From contig NC_069005.1 of assembly GCF_001194135.2 (NCBI RefSeq), forward strand, positions 27,192,231-27,236,721: a stretch of DNA of 44,491 nt, read 5' to 3'. Below, piece after piece: positions 11,440-23,454 of this stretch. A program made the position numbers and the translations under genes. How positions within the stretch are numbered: position 1 is the stretch's first letter; each line of letters starts with the position of its first letter. The notes under the pieces were generated by a model. The model ran no database searches. It had not been told where the DNA came from and saw nothing but the letters and a program-made list of their open reading frames with translations. Source of the DNA: Octopus bimaculoides (lineage: Eukaryota).

Positions 11440-11545
11440 ATGTATATACGTACGTATATACATGCGTATGTACGAATATGCCTATATACGTACGTACGTA
11501 CATCCGTACAGATACACACATATGTACATACATACGTACATACTT
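11440..11545. repeat. Mixed TACG/TACA/TA simple repeat
   Basis: tatatacgtacgtatatacatgcgtatgtacg...tacatacatacgtacatac. Confidence 0.8.
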
Positions 11546-12079
11546 ATAATGCTAAAAGAATTTTTGAAATATTTAATTTTTCTAGTAGCCAACATTTATA
11601 AATGCGGTATGCAATGACGCTCAGACGAAGAAAGTTAAGTTAGACGGAAGCCATTTTTGTAGTCATGTTTGAAAATCAAAGAAATATTAGTCAGCAGCAA
11701 ACAATAAGTTACAGGTAGGAGAAATGCTAGGCGAGTTCATGAAATACAATCCACACATGTTCTCATTCGCCAGTAATCGATAAGTTAGGAATTACAGAAC
11801 TGACATAGTTGTTTCATCAGACAGCCATACTGTGATGTATGCAGACAGACGAGATCGCGTTTTTAATTGTAAGCTAATAGAAAAGAATACACCGATCTAA
11901 ATAAAAAGATCGAAGTACTTAATGCACAGGCAAACATTTAAGAGTGCGAGTACACAAATATATTCAACTGTTTCTTTGTGTCTTTGTACGTTGATATATA
12001 TATATTAAACAAGATATACGGTTCTTCCATAGCAATGTCTAAGTAGCATAAAATACTGTTGTATTTCCTCTCCTTCTCA

Positions 12080-12941
12080 TGTATACATACAAACATACAT
12101 ACATACATACAGATTTACTTATATCCGTATACACTCACACACACACACATATATACATATATAATAAATTTAAACTACGTATTTATTCCTTAATGAAATG
12201 TTAACTTCATTTTAATATATCAATGTTAAAAACCTATACATAGAAGTATTTGAACATTTACATATAAGAATATATATATATNNNNNNNNNNNNNNNNNNN
12301 NNNNNNNNNNNNNNNNNNNNNNNNNNNNNNNNNNNNNNNNNNNNNNNNNNNNNNNNNNNNNNNNNNNNNNNNNNNNNNNNNNNNNNNNNNNNNNNNNNNN
12401 NNNNNNNNNNNNNNNNNNNNNNNNNNNNNNNNNNNNNNNNNNNNNNNNNNNNNNNNNNNNNNNNNNNNNNNNNNNNNNNNNNNNNNNNNNNNNNNNNNNN
12501 NNNNNNNNNNNNNNNNNNNNNNNNNNNNNNNNNNNNNNNNNNNNNNNNNNNNNNNNNNNNNNNNNNNNNNNNNNNNNNNNNNNNNNNNNNNNNNNNNNNN
12601 NNNNNNNNNNNNNNNNNNNNNNNNNNNNNNNNNNNNNNNNNNNNNNNNNNNNNNNNNNNNNNNNNNNNNNNNNNNNNNNNNNNNNNNNNNNNNNNNNNNN
12701 NNNNNNNNNNNNNNNNNNNNNNNNNNNNNNNNNNNNNNNNNNNNNNNNNNNNNNNNNNNNNNNNNNNNNNNNNNNNNNNNNNNNNNNNNNNNNNNNNNNN
12801 NNNNNNNNNNNNNNNNNNNNNNNNNNNNNNNNNNNNNNNNNNNNNNNNNNNNNNNNNNNNNNNNNNNNNNNNNNNNNNNNNNNNNNNNNNNNNNNNNNNN
12901 NNNNNNNNNNNNNNNNNNNNNNNNNNNNNNNNNNNNNTATA

Positions 12942-12985
<44 letters not shown>

Positions 12986-13022
12986 CATATATATATATAT
13001 GTGTATATATATATGTATATAT

Positions 13023-13083
<61 letters not shown>

Positions 13084-13085
13084 GC
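12080..13085. repeat. TA/CA/TACA microsatellite block containing a 656-N gap (12282-12937)
   Basis: Directly visible simple repeats on both sides of the N run. Confidence 0.95.
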
Positions 13086-13357
13086 ACACGTACACGTGCG
13101 TGTGATAGGCAGTGTGTTGTCCGTAGATGAACTACAACCATGTGGCGTTGAAAAAGCGAGGTTCGAGATTTTATGACAGTTGTAGGAAGTACAACAGAGC
13201 AAGTGCTACACACGAGATTAAAGATACTTCGAAGAAATGGCCAGTTTGATGCATAAAAATATTTGTCATAGACTACTATATCATCAGAGAAAATCACATT
13301 TCTTCTTTCCCCCTCGCTATTGGTTATTACAGCACTCTTTCTCGCCACTCTGCTACT

Positions 13358-13411
13358 CTATCTATCCATCCATCTATCTACCTATCTATCCATCTATCCA
13401 TCCATCCATCC

Positions 13412-13451
<40 letters not shown>

Positions 13452-13485
13452 GTCTGTCTATCTATCTATCTATCTATCTATCTAT
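13358..13485. repeat. (ATCT)n/(ATCC)n tetranucleotide repeat
   Basis: tctatccatccatctatcta...tatctatctatc. Confidence 0.95.
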
Positions 13486-13934
13486 ACATGCATACATACA
13501 TGTATATACACACATCGTTTTCTCGTATACAATTTTTCCAGCGATCTCTTTGTAGTTTTTCGTTTTAGCGCTTTTTTTTAATCCCTTCCGTTTTCCCTCT
13601 AAAACTAAAGAAAATTAAAATTGTAATAAATAAATAAATAAGCAAAAAATAAGGTGGTGCTCCAGTCTGGCCGCGGACCACGGTCTGAAATCAATTAACG
13701 GATGAAATATTGATACCCTCTCTCTGTCTCTCCTACCCACACACATCTTACGTATGAATGTATGTATTTACGTGTGTATATATATGAGGACGGGTGAGGG
13801 ATAAACAGAGAGAGAGAGAGACAAACAAAGATAATGAGTCAGTAAGCAAGTCGTGAGCGAGTCGTAAGATCGGGAGCGACGTGGGCGAGAACCGAGGAAA
13901 TAAAAAAAGAAAGAAGGAAGAAATATATGTGTAT

Positions 13935-14049
13935 CACGTGTTGCTAAAGTACGGTTTCTGATTGGTCGATTTGCTCAATTATAATTTCTACTCCTTCTTC
14001 AGTGAAATGCCTGTTCCTAAAGCGTATGGCGGGATGAGGTTACGTGAGT
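13935..14049 (+). promoter_or_regulatory. Candidate Pol II core promoter and first exon
   Basis: E-box CACGTG at 13935-13940; reverse CCAAT box CTGATTGGTC at 13958-13967; TATAAT at ~13980; Inr-like TTCAGTG at 13998-14004; consensus donor C|GTGAGT at 14044. All lie in a CpG-retaining patch. Confidence 0.5.
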
Positions 14050-14689
14050 AAGAGCCTACATCTTGTGCGTACGACTACAAAGGAAATCACACACACATTT
14101 CAAGTTCATAAATACAGAAAAGAAGAATATATATATATATATAGATACTAATATATATGTGTATATATACAAAACTCCCCCACGAAACAGGAAAAAAAAG
14201 GAAAAATTCTTTTAGCTAGCTTCTACTTTCTATGTCTGAAGCTCTGTTTTTTGTGGGGTTGTGTCGGTTCGGTTCGTCTAAGTTGAAAGAAAGAAAGAGA
14301 AGTGAGAAGTGAAAGCACAAAAAAGCAAAAAGCAAAAAAATAATCAACAACACAACAACCTAGAATGGAGAATGGCCTTCATCCGGATTGACAAAAAGCA
14401 TATCGTGTCTAGGCTCCCATGTTTCTCACACACACATCATTCTGTTCACTCATAGTACGGATATCGGTCTACAATGTTTTAGTTAACATTTTAGTCGGAG
14501 GTAGGCAATGTATAAAAAAAAACCTCACCAAACATTGTTGCATGTTTTGTGCTTTATATTATATTACATATTATAATATTTTATATATATATATATATAT
14601 GTATGATATTTATATATATATATATATATTGTGATACTAAGTTGTCCATTCTCTTCTATATATATATATATTTGTGTTGTGTGTGTGTG

Positions 14690-15073
14690 NNNNNNNNNNN
14701 NNNNNNNNNNNNNNNNNNNNNNNNNNNNNNNNNNNNNNNNNNNNNNNNNNNNNNNNNNNNNNNNNNNNNNNNNNNNNNNNNNNNNNNNNNNNNNNNNNNN
14801 NNNNNNNNNNNNNNNNNNNNNNNNNNNNNNNNNNNNNNNNNNNNNNNNNNNNNNNNNNNNNNNNNNNNNNNNNNNNNNNNNNNNNNNNNNNNNNNNNNNN
14901 NNNNNNNNNNNNNNNNNNNNNNNNNNNNNNNNNNNNNNNNNNNNNNNNNNNNNNNNNNNNNNNNNNNNNNNNNNNNNNNNNNNNNNNNNNNNNNNNNNNN
15001 NNNNNNNNNNNNNNNNNNNNNNNNNNNNNNNNNNNNNNNNNNNNNNNNNNNNNNNNNNNNNNNNNNNNNNNNN
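14690..15073. other. Assembly gap (384 N) between TG and TA repeats
   Basis: Run of N. Confidence 1.
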
Positions 15074-15106
<33 letters not shown>

Positions 15107-15149
15107 ATATATATATTTATGTATATATATGTGTGTGTATATATATGTG

Positions 15150-15188
<39 letters not shown>

Positions 15189-16660
15189 TACACACTAACG
15201 CATACAGTGAAAAATTTAAAATTCTTTCATGGATGATGATTCTTTGTTTTATATAATTGGTTGGTAGAGTATTCCGAGTTTCGTTTATCCTTTTCCGCTT
15301 CACCCCATCCCCCCTTTTTTTTACCTTTCCAAAAAGTTTTTTGTGATCGGCCATTCGGCCATTTAATCTTTTTTTTAAATATTTTTTGTTCCCGTCGTGG
15401 TTTCAATCCCAGTGTCAATTACAAATATTATCCTAGTTGTTATCTTTCTTCCTTTGTTAAAACTCTAGATCAAGGAAGTCAGTAGATTCCTAAGAGTCCT
15501 TCGAACAATGCTCTTTGACCATAATTAACCTTTGTATAAAGGTAAAGTCCGGCTTTCGAGGGAACTGGGAAAGGTGTACGTTGGCAAGAATAAATGAGCA
15601 GAAAGGTTTATCGATTGTCGAATTAAGTTCTCTTGCGTGAGGAGTAGAGAATTTGACGTTTCGGATGTTTGTCCTTCAACAGTAGAAAAAAGAGGAAGGC
15701 GATGGTTGTCTAACCTTTTTCTACTCTCTGTTGTAATGTGAAAATCTGAAGCATTAGACTTTCTATTTCTAAGTTTAATTGAACTCATTCGACACCCCAA
15801 CGAACTTACTTTCTTTGCCCATTTTCATTGTCGACTTTTATTTTGTTCCTTGTGAAAGCTGGCCAAATTGCTTAGTCATTGCTACATTGCTTTGTCCTAC
15901 TTCTATATGACATTAATTCTGAGATTTTCTACCTAGATTACAAGATAAAATCCTTTAAATTCTTCTTTTTATTTTTTTATTTTTCCCCACTTTTTGTTCC
16001 GTTTATTTTCTTAAATTCTTTGCATAATTTTTGCACTAATGAAAAGACTGGCCCAAATCTTAAAAACCTACCAGAACTCACGGCTTTCCTCAATGAAATA
16101 TTAACTTGTTTTTTATACAGCATCATTTATGATTTTCAATCCAATTTGGATTTCGTCTAAATTCTATGCTAAATACAACACTAATTTAAAATTTAAAACT
16201 ACATTTTTTGTTGATTCTCAAGATGTCATCATCTTTGAAATTGGTCTCAATGAAACTGAAATTGGTGATGGAAATCACGATGTCTCGTTTTCTGTTAATA
16301 TATATTCAACTCTGATTAGTCACCAAGCTTTACTCGTTTGACTTGAATCCTGTTTTAGTCTTTAACACTTTGTTGGTTTGGTTTCCTTTTGGTTTTGTCA
16401 ATTTTTGAATGAACACATACACACACACACATGTTTGGATGTACAAACAAGAGGAAAAGTTCATGTCAAACTACTCGGTTTCTCGCCGCCTGCTATCCTT
16501 CAGGCAACTAAAATGGGATGGGGGAAAGACTCTTAATTCCTTCGAATACAAACATATATATATATAAGCTTAGATTAATTGGTAAAGGGGATCAAAATGG
16601 GACGATTGCATGTCTAATTTTATAGAATCGTTTCTTTGATCAATGACTTTTTCTTTCCAG

Positions 16661-16691
16661 CATGGTGTCTGTCTAATCGGATTGTTGAACT
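16661..16691 (+). other. Candidate 31-nt micro-exon (probably 5' UTR)
   Basis: Acceptor tgactttttctttccag| at 16660 and donor |GTGAGT at 16692; motif evidence only. Confidence 0.3.
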
Positions 16692-17544
16692 GTGAGTCAG
16701 ATTTTAGACTCGCAGTTTGACGAGACAGACAAGCAAGACACGAAGTGAATATTTAAACTAGTTAGACATTTTCAGAGTAATAAGATTAGAATGTTTAGAT
16801 AAATCTTCTGAATTGCTTACAGATAAGTTTTTTTTTTTTTTTTAATGATTCGTAAGGCATTTTCGTTGTAAGACTCGGAAATAAATGTAATTGCGTAGTG
16901 ATAAAAACAGTATTGTGCGATGACCTAGTTTTTTTTAACACAATGGCTGCTCTCTTGGTACTGGGACTCTAGAAGATTTATCGTTGTGGAAAGCTGGTCG
17001 TGTGTTCTTGTAAGTGTTTCGGGGACGGGGGGAGCTATGTTTGAGCTATTTTATTGCCTAGTTGTTAGATCCTCTCTCTCTCTCTCTCTGATTATCTGCA
17101 ATATCAGTATTTCCATTGTCTGATCGTGCCAAAGCTTACAGTTTCCTTCCAAAAGCTCATCTTACGTTCCCGTTACAGGTATTACACAACGAGAAAAAAA
17201 AAGTGCTCACGATACTTGCTCTGTCGCTTTTGCGCCATTGGTCTTCAAAGTGACTTGCTTCATTAAATCTTAATGTTACATCTGATTAGATCCTTATTAA
17301 CTTAGAGTTATGTGTTTTTTCTCAAGGCTCCTCTAACATGATACAGCTCAACAGCATGCCAAACAAATTGCTTAGCGGCATTTCATCCATCTTTATTTTC
17401 TGAGTTCACCTTTCCTTTCATTCTTTCTGGATTGATGTAATCAACTTACCCCCCCCCCACTCTCTCTTCGAAATTGCTGGCCTTGTGCCGAAATTTAAAA
17501 CCATTATTATTATTGTTGTTGTTGTTATTTATTTTTAAAGCCAT

Positions 17545-17785
17545 TGTTATTTTGGGCAGGCAGTAGTTATTGTTGGTACATCAAGACAAAAATGCTTAGC
17601 AACATAACCTTCTAACTTGTATGTTCTGAATCCAAATTCCACCAAAGTTGACTTCATCTTTCATCTTCATGGAGTCGAGAGAATAAGTAGCAGTTGAGCA
17701 CCAGAGGCATTGCAACCCACTAATCCCCCACCTCCATACCCTAAAATTGCTAACTGTGTCAAAATTTGAAACTATTATCATTTTA
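17545..17785 (+). mobile_element. Diverged SINE family B copy, preceded by an orphan family B tail (~17455-17525)
   Basis: aatgcttagc...gttctgaatccaaattccacc...gtcgagagaataagtagcagttgagcac...aaaattgc...tgtgtc aligns by eye with family B. Confidence 0.7.
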
Positions 17786-18034
17786 AACTCTTTGAACATA
17801 AAATCCTATCAGCTTAGAAAGTTTGAACCCTCTACTGTTATCATTTTAACCACTGCTTTCAAATATAATACAAACAAATCTTTAAGCATTAACATTAATT
17901 ATAATATTTAATGAACTCTCTGCAATTTGTATACATTGTTCTTCTTTTCATTAGTGAGAGGTAGAAGGCATGGCAGAATTTTTTCTAAGTATCTTATTTT
18001 TTGTTTCTGTATGTGAAATTTGACTTCATTTCAT

Positions 18035-18995
18035 TTTTAAACATTTCAAGAGATTTTCTATGTCCTATTTTAATTGGTTTATTAGCAAAAATTGTTTTAA
18101 AATCACTTTTCTTCAAGACAAAGATACACTTTACTACAGCTTATTACATGAATTTAATATTTTGAATTTGTCAGTTGTAGTGGTTTGGATAATTTTATTG
18201 CAGAGCACATAATCTGAAAACTTTTGTAAATCTTGGTGATTTTGAAGTTGCCACTGTTTCAAAGTGTCTTTGTTCTTTGCTGTCCAATTTTTGTCATGGT
18301 TTCATGTCATATCATTTCCTAGTGATTCATGAGCTAGTAGTATATCCGGCTACATTTTTAACATTTCAAGAGGTTTTTTTCAAAAACTTAAAAAAAATAT
18401 ATCCTGTTTTATTTGGTTTATTAACAAAGATTGTTTTAAAATCATTTTCCTTCAAGACAAAGTTACAGTTTACCATGGCTAATTACATAAATTTAATATT
18501 TTGAATTTGTCAATTCTAGTGATTTGGAGAATTTTATTTTGCAGTAAGTAATCTGATGAGAAACTTTTGTAAATCTTGGTGATTTGAAGTTGCTATTGTT
18601 TCAAAATGTCTTTGTTCTTTGCTGTTCAATTTTGGTCATAGTTTTATGCTATATCATTTTCTAGAGATTCATGAGCTAATTGTGTGTCCTGATACATTTC
18701 AAGAGTCCTTTTTTAATTGGTTTATTAACAAAAAATTGTTTTAAAAACCATTTTTCTTCAAGACAAAACTGTAGTTCACCATGGCTATTTTCATGAATTT
18801 GCTATTTTGAATTTGTTAATTCTCGTGGTTTGGATAATTTTATTCCACAGTGAATAATCTGATGGAACACTTTTGTAAATCTTGGTAATTTGAAGTTACT
18901 ACTGTTTCAAAATTTCTTTGTTCTTTGGCTGTCCAATTCTGGTCATGGTTTCATGCCATACCATTTCCTAGAGATGCATGAGTCGGCTGTATGGT
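18035..18995. repeat. Tandem repeat, three copies of a ~320-333 bp unit
   Basis: Anchor ACATTTCAAGAG at 18041, 18361 and 18694. Shared blocks ttcttcaagacaaa, ttttgtaaatcttggt and ttcctag(t/a)gat(t/g)catgag occur in each unit. Confidence 0.9.
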
Positions 18996-21114
18996 CTTTG
19001 GTTTTACATCATCATTGGTGTTGCATTAAGTTCTTATATAAAACTACTAAATTTGGCTCAGTATCTCTAAAATGGTATGTGGAGGTATATCTTACTATTT
19101 ATTCATTAAGTCACATAACTGGGTTCAAGTCTTTTAGTGGGTCTAGACCATAATAGTGTTTATCACACCATAGTCATTTAACAATTTTGATCCGAACTAT
19201 GCCAAAAGGAGCTTCTTAAAAATGAATTTTATCATGAATTCTGAAATATTTAAGCTCTTTAGTTAGTTATCATTGTTACTTAGTTGATGTTGTTTCTCCT
19301 TATGTCATTTCTGATTGAGCAGATCAAAGTCATTCCAGATGTGACCATCATGTCTTAATTTTTTTTAGACATAATCTAGAAATACACTGTGCAATGTCTT
19401 ACTATTTTTAAAGATGGTTGGTTGTGATTTGAAGGAGATTTGACTTCTAACAAGACAAGCAACCACATTGAGGAATCATTCCTTAATTCACAAGGAGACT
19501 TCCGTTGCTTTTAATTGCAATATTCCAAACAAAGAAAAATTGTTGTTGAATCTCTAATCTTCTCTTTGAAAGTGAGACCAAAGATTGGAAACCTGTGACG
19601 TATGGTATGTTTGAAGTTAAGCATTTTCTTCAGGGTTTATCAGCTTGTGTTGCATTAGAGTTGATAAACTATGATCGGCTATTCAATTTTTCTTTACCTG
19701 TAGCACCTGAAGAAAGAAAGAAAGAAAGAAGTGAATCTGTGAGACCATTCAATGTACTGATGACTGAATTAAGACCTCTTTTGTTTCATGGGATCCAGCT
19801 TTCGAATGTTGTACTAACAGAACTTAATAGGACATAGCTTGATTGTTGTACTTTTACATGAATTGTCTTGTTAGATTCAATATCAAAAGATCTTTCTTGT
19901 TGGGTATCTGCAGAAATTTAATTCAAGATGAGATATTTCATATGGGACAGCTGAATGTTTGGTTAGATTCAAGAGCAAATGTTTTTCATGTGAGATGTCT
20001 AGTTTGATTCCAAAACAAAAGGTTTTTTTTGTGTTGGATATCTGTTGAGATTCAAGGTCAAAGGTCTTTAACATGGTACCTGTGAAATCAACTGTTACAG
20101 CTTACAAATTATACTGAATCAACAATATGGTTCAATCTGTCATTCTCTTTTTCATAAGCCAATAGTGTGTTGTTTGAAGGAGATTTTTTTTTTTTTTTTT
20201 TGTAGGAGGTGAAGCAGTCATACAGAAACTTGTTTGTTGACACCTAATAATTCATTGTTGTATAAATGAAGTATGACTTTCAAGAATCTAATCATTATGT
20301 CCTACTTGCTGGATAGTTTCATGTCCCATGTATTGATCTGTGGCCATGCTGGAACACCACCTTTTTGGATTGAGTTAATTTGTTCCCAATACTTATTCTC
20401 AACTGGAAATTATTTTTATCTATCTCACAAAATATAAAGGAACTCAAAATATACCTCAAGTTATTCTAATCTGATATTCTTCCAATTCTGCACAATTTTT
20501 CCTACCCAAAATGTTTTGTAACCCAATGCTTACATGCTATTATTCATAGTCAAATGTCACCATTCCAAAAAAGATATTTGCAATTGTTTGTTAATTGTAA
20601 TTAGTCTTTTTAGTTGTCTTATTTTTCTGTTGGTTTTACTCTCAAACTTACGATTTTGATTTCTTTTATACTGAAAAAGAATATTGTTTTTTTGGCTTTA
20701 ATTTTGTATATACATCATTTATTTCAAATTTAAGGAGTACACGAAGAATTATATTTTTTGTTTCATTTTAGATTATGTCTGTAATTCAGTCTAATGACAT
20801 CTTTTTTTCTAAATTATACGGTATGGTTTAATGTTGGCCAACTTTATAAGGACTCAGTTTCCTTATAATACTTCTCTTAATTGCTAAGAGATTGTGACTC
20901 ATATTTGCTGAGAAGTTTGTCAGGTGTTTTTATTTATATATTATGTATATATTTTAGTGTTGATATGAACCCTGTTGTTACTCCAAGTTTTTCAACTCCT
21001 TCTAGCAAGGAATAGAGAGAGAGAGCGACTTAGAGTAAACAAGAGATCCATCTCAGTACTAAAATAAATATCGCACTTTGGTATTAAATCATTTTCCCTC
21101 TTGTTTGTAAATTG

Positions 21115-21115
<1 letters not shown>

Positions 21116-21185
<70 letters not shown>

Positions 21186-21247
21186 NNNNNNNNNNNNNNN
21201 NNNNNNNNNNNNNNNNNNNNNNNNNNNNNNNNNNNNNNNNNNNNNNN
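21116..21247. repeat. Long (CA)n running into a 62-N gap (21186-21247)
   Basis: Directly visible. Confidence 0.95.
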
Positions 21248-22340
21248 CTCACACTTAATCATGTTAATACTTAATGAACTGTATTTGTTTAGCAATAGCT
21301 CTTAATACTGACTGGACTGGCATCTATCCTGTTGGTTCTTTTGTACCAAATGCACTTAGTATTATTCTTGTGAATAGAAATTTAATTTCGTTCTCTCTGT
21401 TTCTGTTTTTGTAATCTAGAAATTAAAAAATTTAATATAAAAACGTTCAGTTTTCTGATTGTCATTGTAATGCGGTGATTAGCACTTTACTGTAGCGATT
21501 ACTGTTTCACTGCCTTGGAGATTTTTTTCCTCTTAAATTTATTTCAAATAATGGTCTAATTTGATATATTGGGTTCTGTTAATGATGAAAGAGAAATAGT
21601 AGAGTTGTTACTTTTGCTGTTCTATCTTTTTTGATGCCAGGTTATTGTTATGAAAACATATTTCATTCAGTGTATTTACCAAAGGTAATTTTGAAGTTGA
21701 TTTTCAAAAATGTAAAAATATCTGTTTGATAAACAATTTTGTTTTAATGTACTAGAGAAGTCCTTTTGCTTATATTTGCAGTGTTTTTCTATTCATATTT
21801 CTAAGCTGTTTATATTGTTTTTTTCTTCTTTCTTTTACTGTTATTGAAATAATTGTTTATTAAAATTTGTTGGCGGTTATTTGATGTTTTGATATTCACA
21901 AACTTGTGCATTTAGACAAAATTTGGATCTTCTTCAAAGTTTCCCTTGCTGTTGCTGGTTCATATTTTTATTGCTTTTCTTTCCTTTTTTATTTTATAGC
22001 TTTGGGAGTAGAGTTTGTATCAAACTTAGGTTTATGCATATATGATCCAAACTGCCATCTGTGTGCTGTGTCCTTATTGTCTAGAACAAATGTTGACAGA
22101 GCACCATGGTGGTAACTAGACTTAATTATAAACAACACAAAAAAACATATTAAAGTTTATGTAATTTGGCTTCAATCTGAGTTTTTAGTCTTCACTATCA
22201 ATCAAAGGACTCCAGTGATGTGAGTATATGATATTTTTATTTCACCAACCATTGGACTTATAATATTTATGTATACACATATACAAGTGAGTGAACAAAC
22301 AAAAGAAAGTAGTTGCACTCAACATGTTTGGTTGGAATTT

Positions 22341-22879
22341 CTCAGCTCCATATGACTTAAAGCTTTGTGGGTGCATAGGGTATGTCCATCTCATCAAATG
22401 TTCAAAGGTAGAGTGGAGAATTTGAAAGAAATTCAAGATGGCTTGCAGGTGTTTAGGCCTTAGTTGATCAACTTGAGCCACATGGCATTAATGCTATCAA
22501 AGTAACAGCAGCTATTTTCTTTATTTTTAGGTTCACATTGTTTGGACAGGATGTTGGCAGTGTGCTGATGCCACTTTGGCAAAAGGCTGCAGCATAGTAT
22601 ATTCGGCAATATCAATTCCTTGTGCTGCTTGCCACACATGGTAGGGTAAGATGTTGGCACAAGTGAACATCCTGTCTGAACATGTGGGCTTTACTATAGA
22701 GAATAGAGCTCGTGTCGCTTTGATAGTGTTAATACCACTTGACCCGAGTTTATCAATAGAGGCTTAAACGCCTGGTAGTCATCTTGAATTATTTTCAAAT
22801 TTTCCACTCTTCCTTTCAATATCTGATGAGATGCACCTGTCCTACACACCCACAAAGCTTCAAGTCATGTGGAGCTGAG
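22341..22879. mobile_element. Foldback element/MITE with ~179-bp inverted arms
   Basis: 22341-22519 is a diverged reverse complement of 22701-22879 (e.g. ctcagctccatatgacttaaagctttgtgggtg vs cacccacaaagcttcaagtcatgtggagctgag); loop ~180 bp. Confidence 0.85.
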
Positions 22880-23418
22880 TCAAACTGTTATTAAAGGTAT
22901 ATATATATCTGGAAGATCTAACATACAGGTAGGTAGCTTCTATTTTAGTAGTGTTAGCACAATTTTATATACATACATATGTATGAATGTGTATGCATAT
23001 CTGTGTGTGTGTATGTATATCTGTATGTGTGTATGTAGGTAACTCGTCATTTTCTATCTACTTTCTTTGTTACCAGGGGTTGAACAGATCATCCTGGTCT
23101 GAGTCAGTTTTATATTCAAAATTGCTGCCCTCTTCTTCATACCAGATGACCATTTCTTACATGTTTCATTTTGGGCTCATTTCCTATGTCAAGATGCCCT
23201 TCCTGTCACCAACCACTATGCAGAGCATCAGATAGCTTTCATCGTAACACCAACACTACAGATGTTTGACATATTCTTGTCATCTCTGCACATTTTCCAT
23301 CATGAGTTCTGTATAACTGAGGCACTTATAGAGAACTTGAGTATCTTCTAGTGTAACCTCAGGCAAATCACTGCCTAGAATTGGTAGAGAGAAATTGTAT
23401 GGAAGCCCATTGTGTATG

Positions 23419-23454
<36 letters not shown>

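Noticed and set aside
13237-13581. ORFs with LSIY/PSIH repeats
   Set aside because: Translation of the (ATCT)n tract.
15525-15800. 91-aa minus-strand ORF
   Set aside because: Lies just inside a predicted intron after a strong donor, starts at a non-ATG codon, and no family is recognisable.
15810-15828. Minus-strand MGKE start resembling EF1-alpha (MGKEK)
   Set aside because: Only four residues match, and no downstream exon with HINIVVIGHVDSGKST was found.
19595-19837. 80-aa ORF with an internal acceptor-like site
   Set aside because: Includes a (GAAA)n run, shows no domain and has no matching donor in frame.
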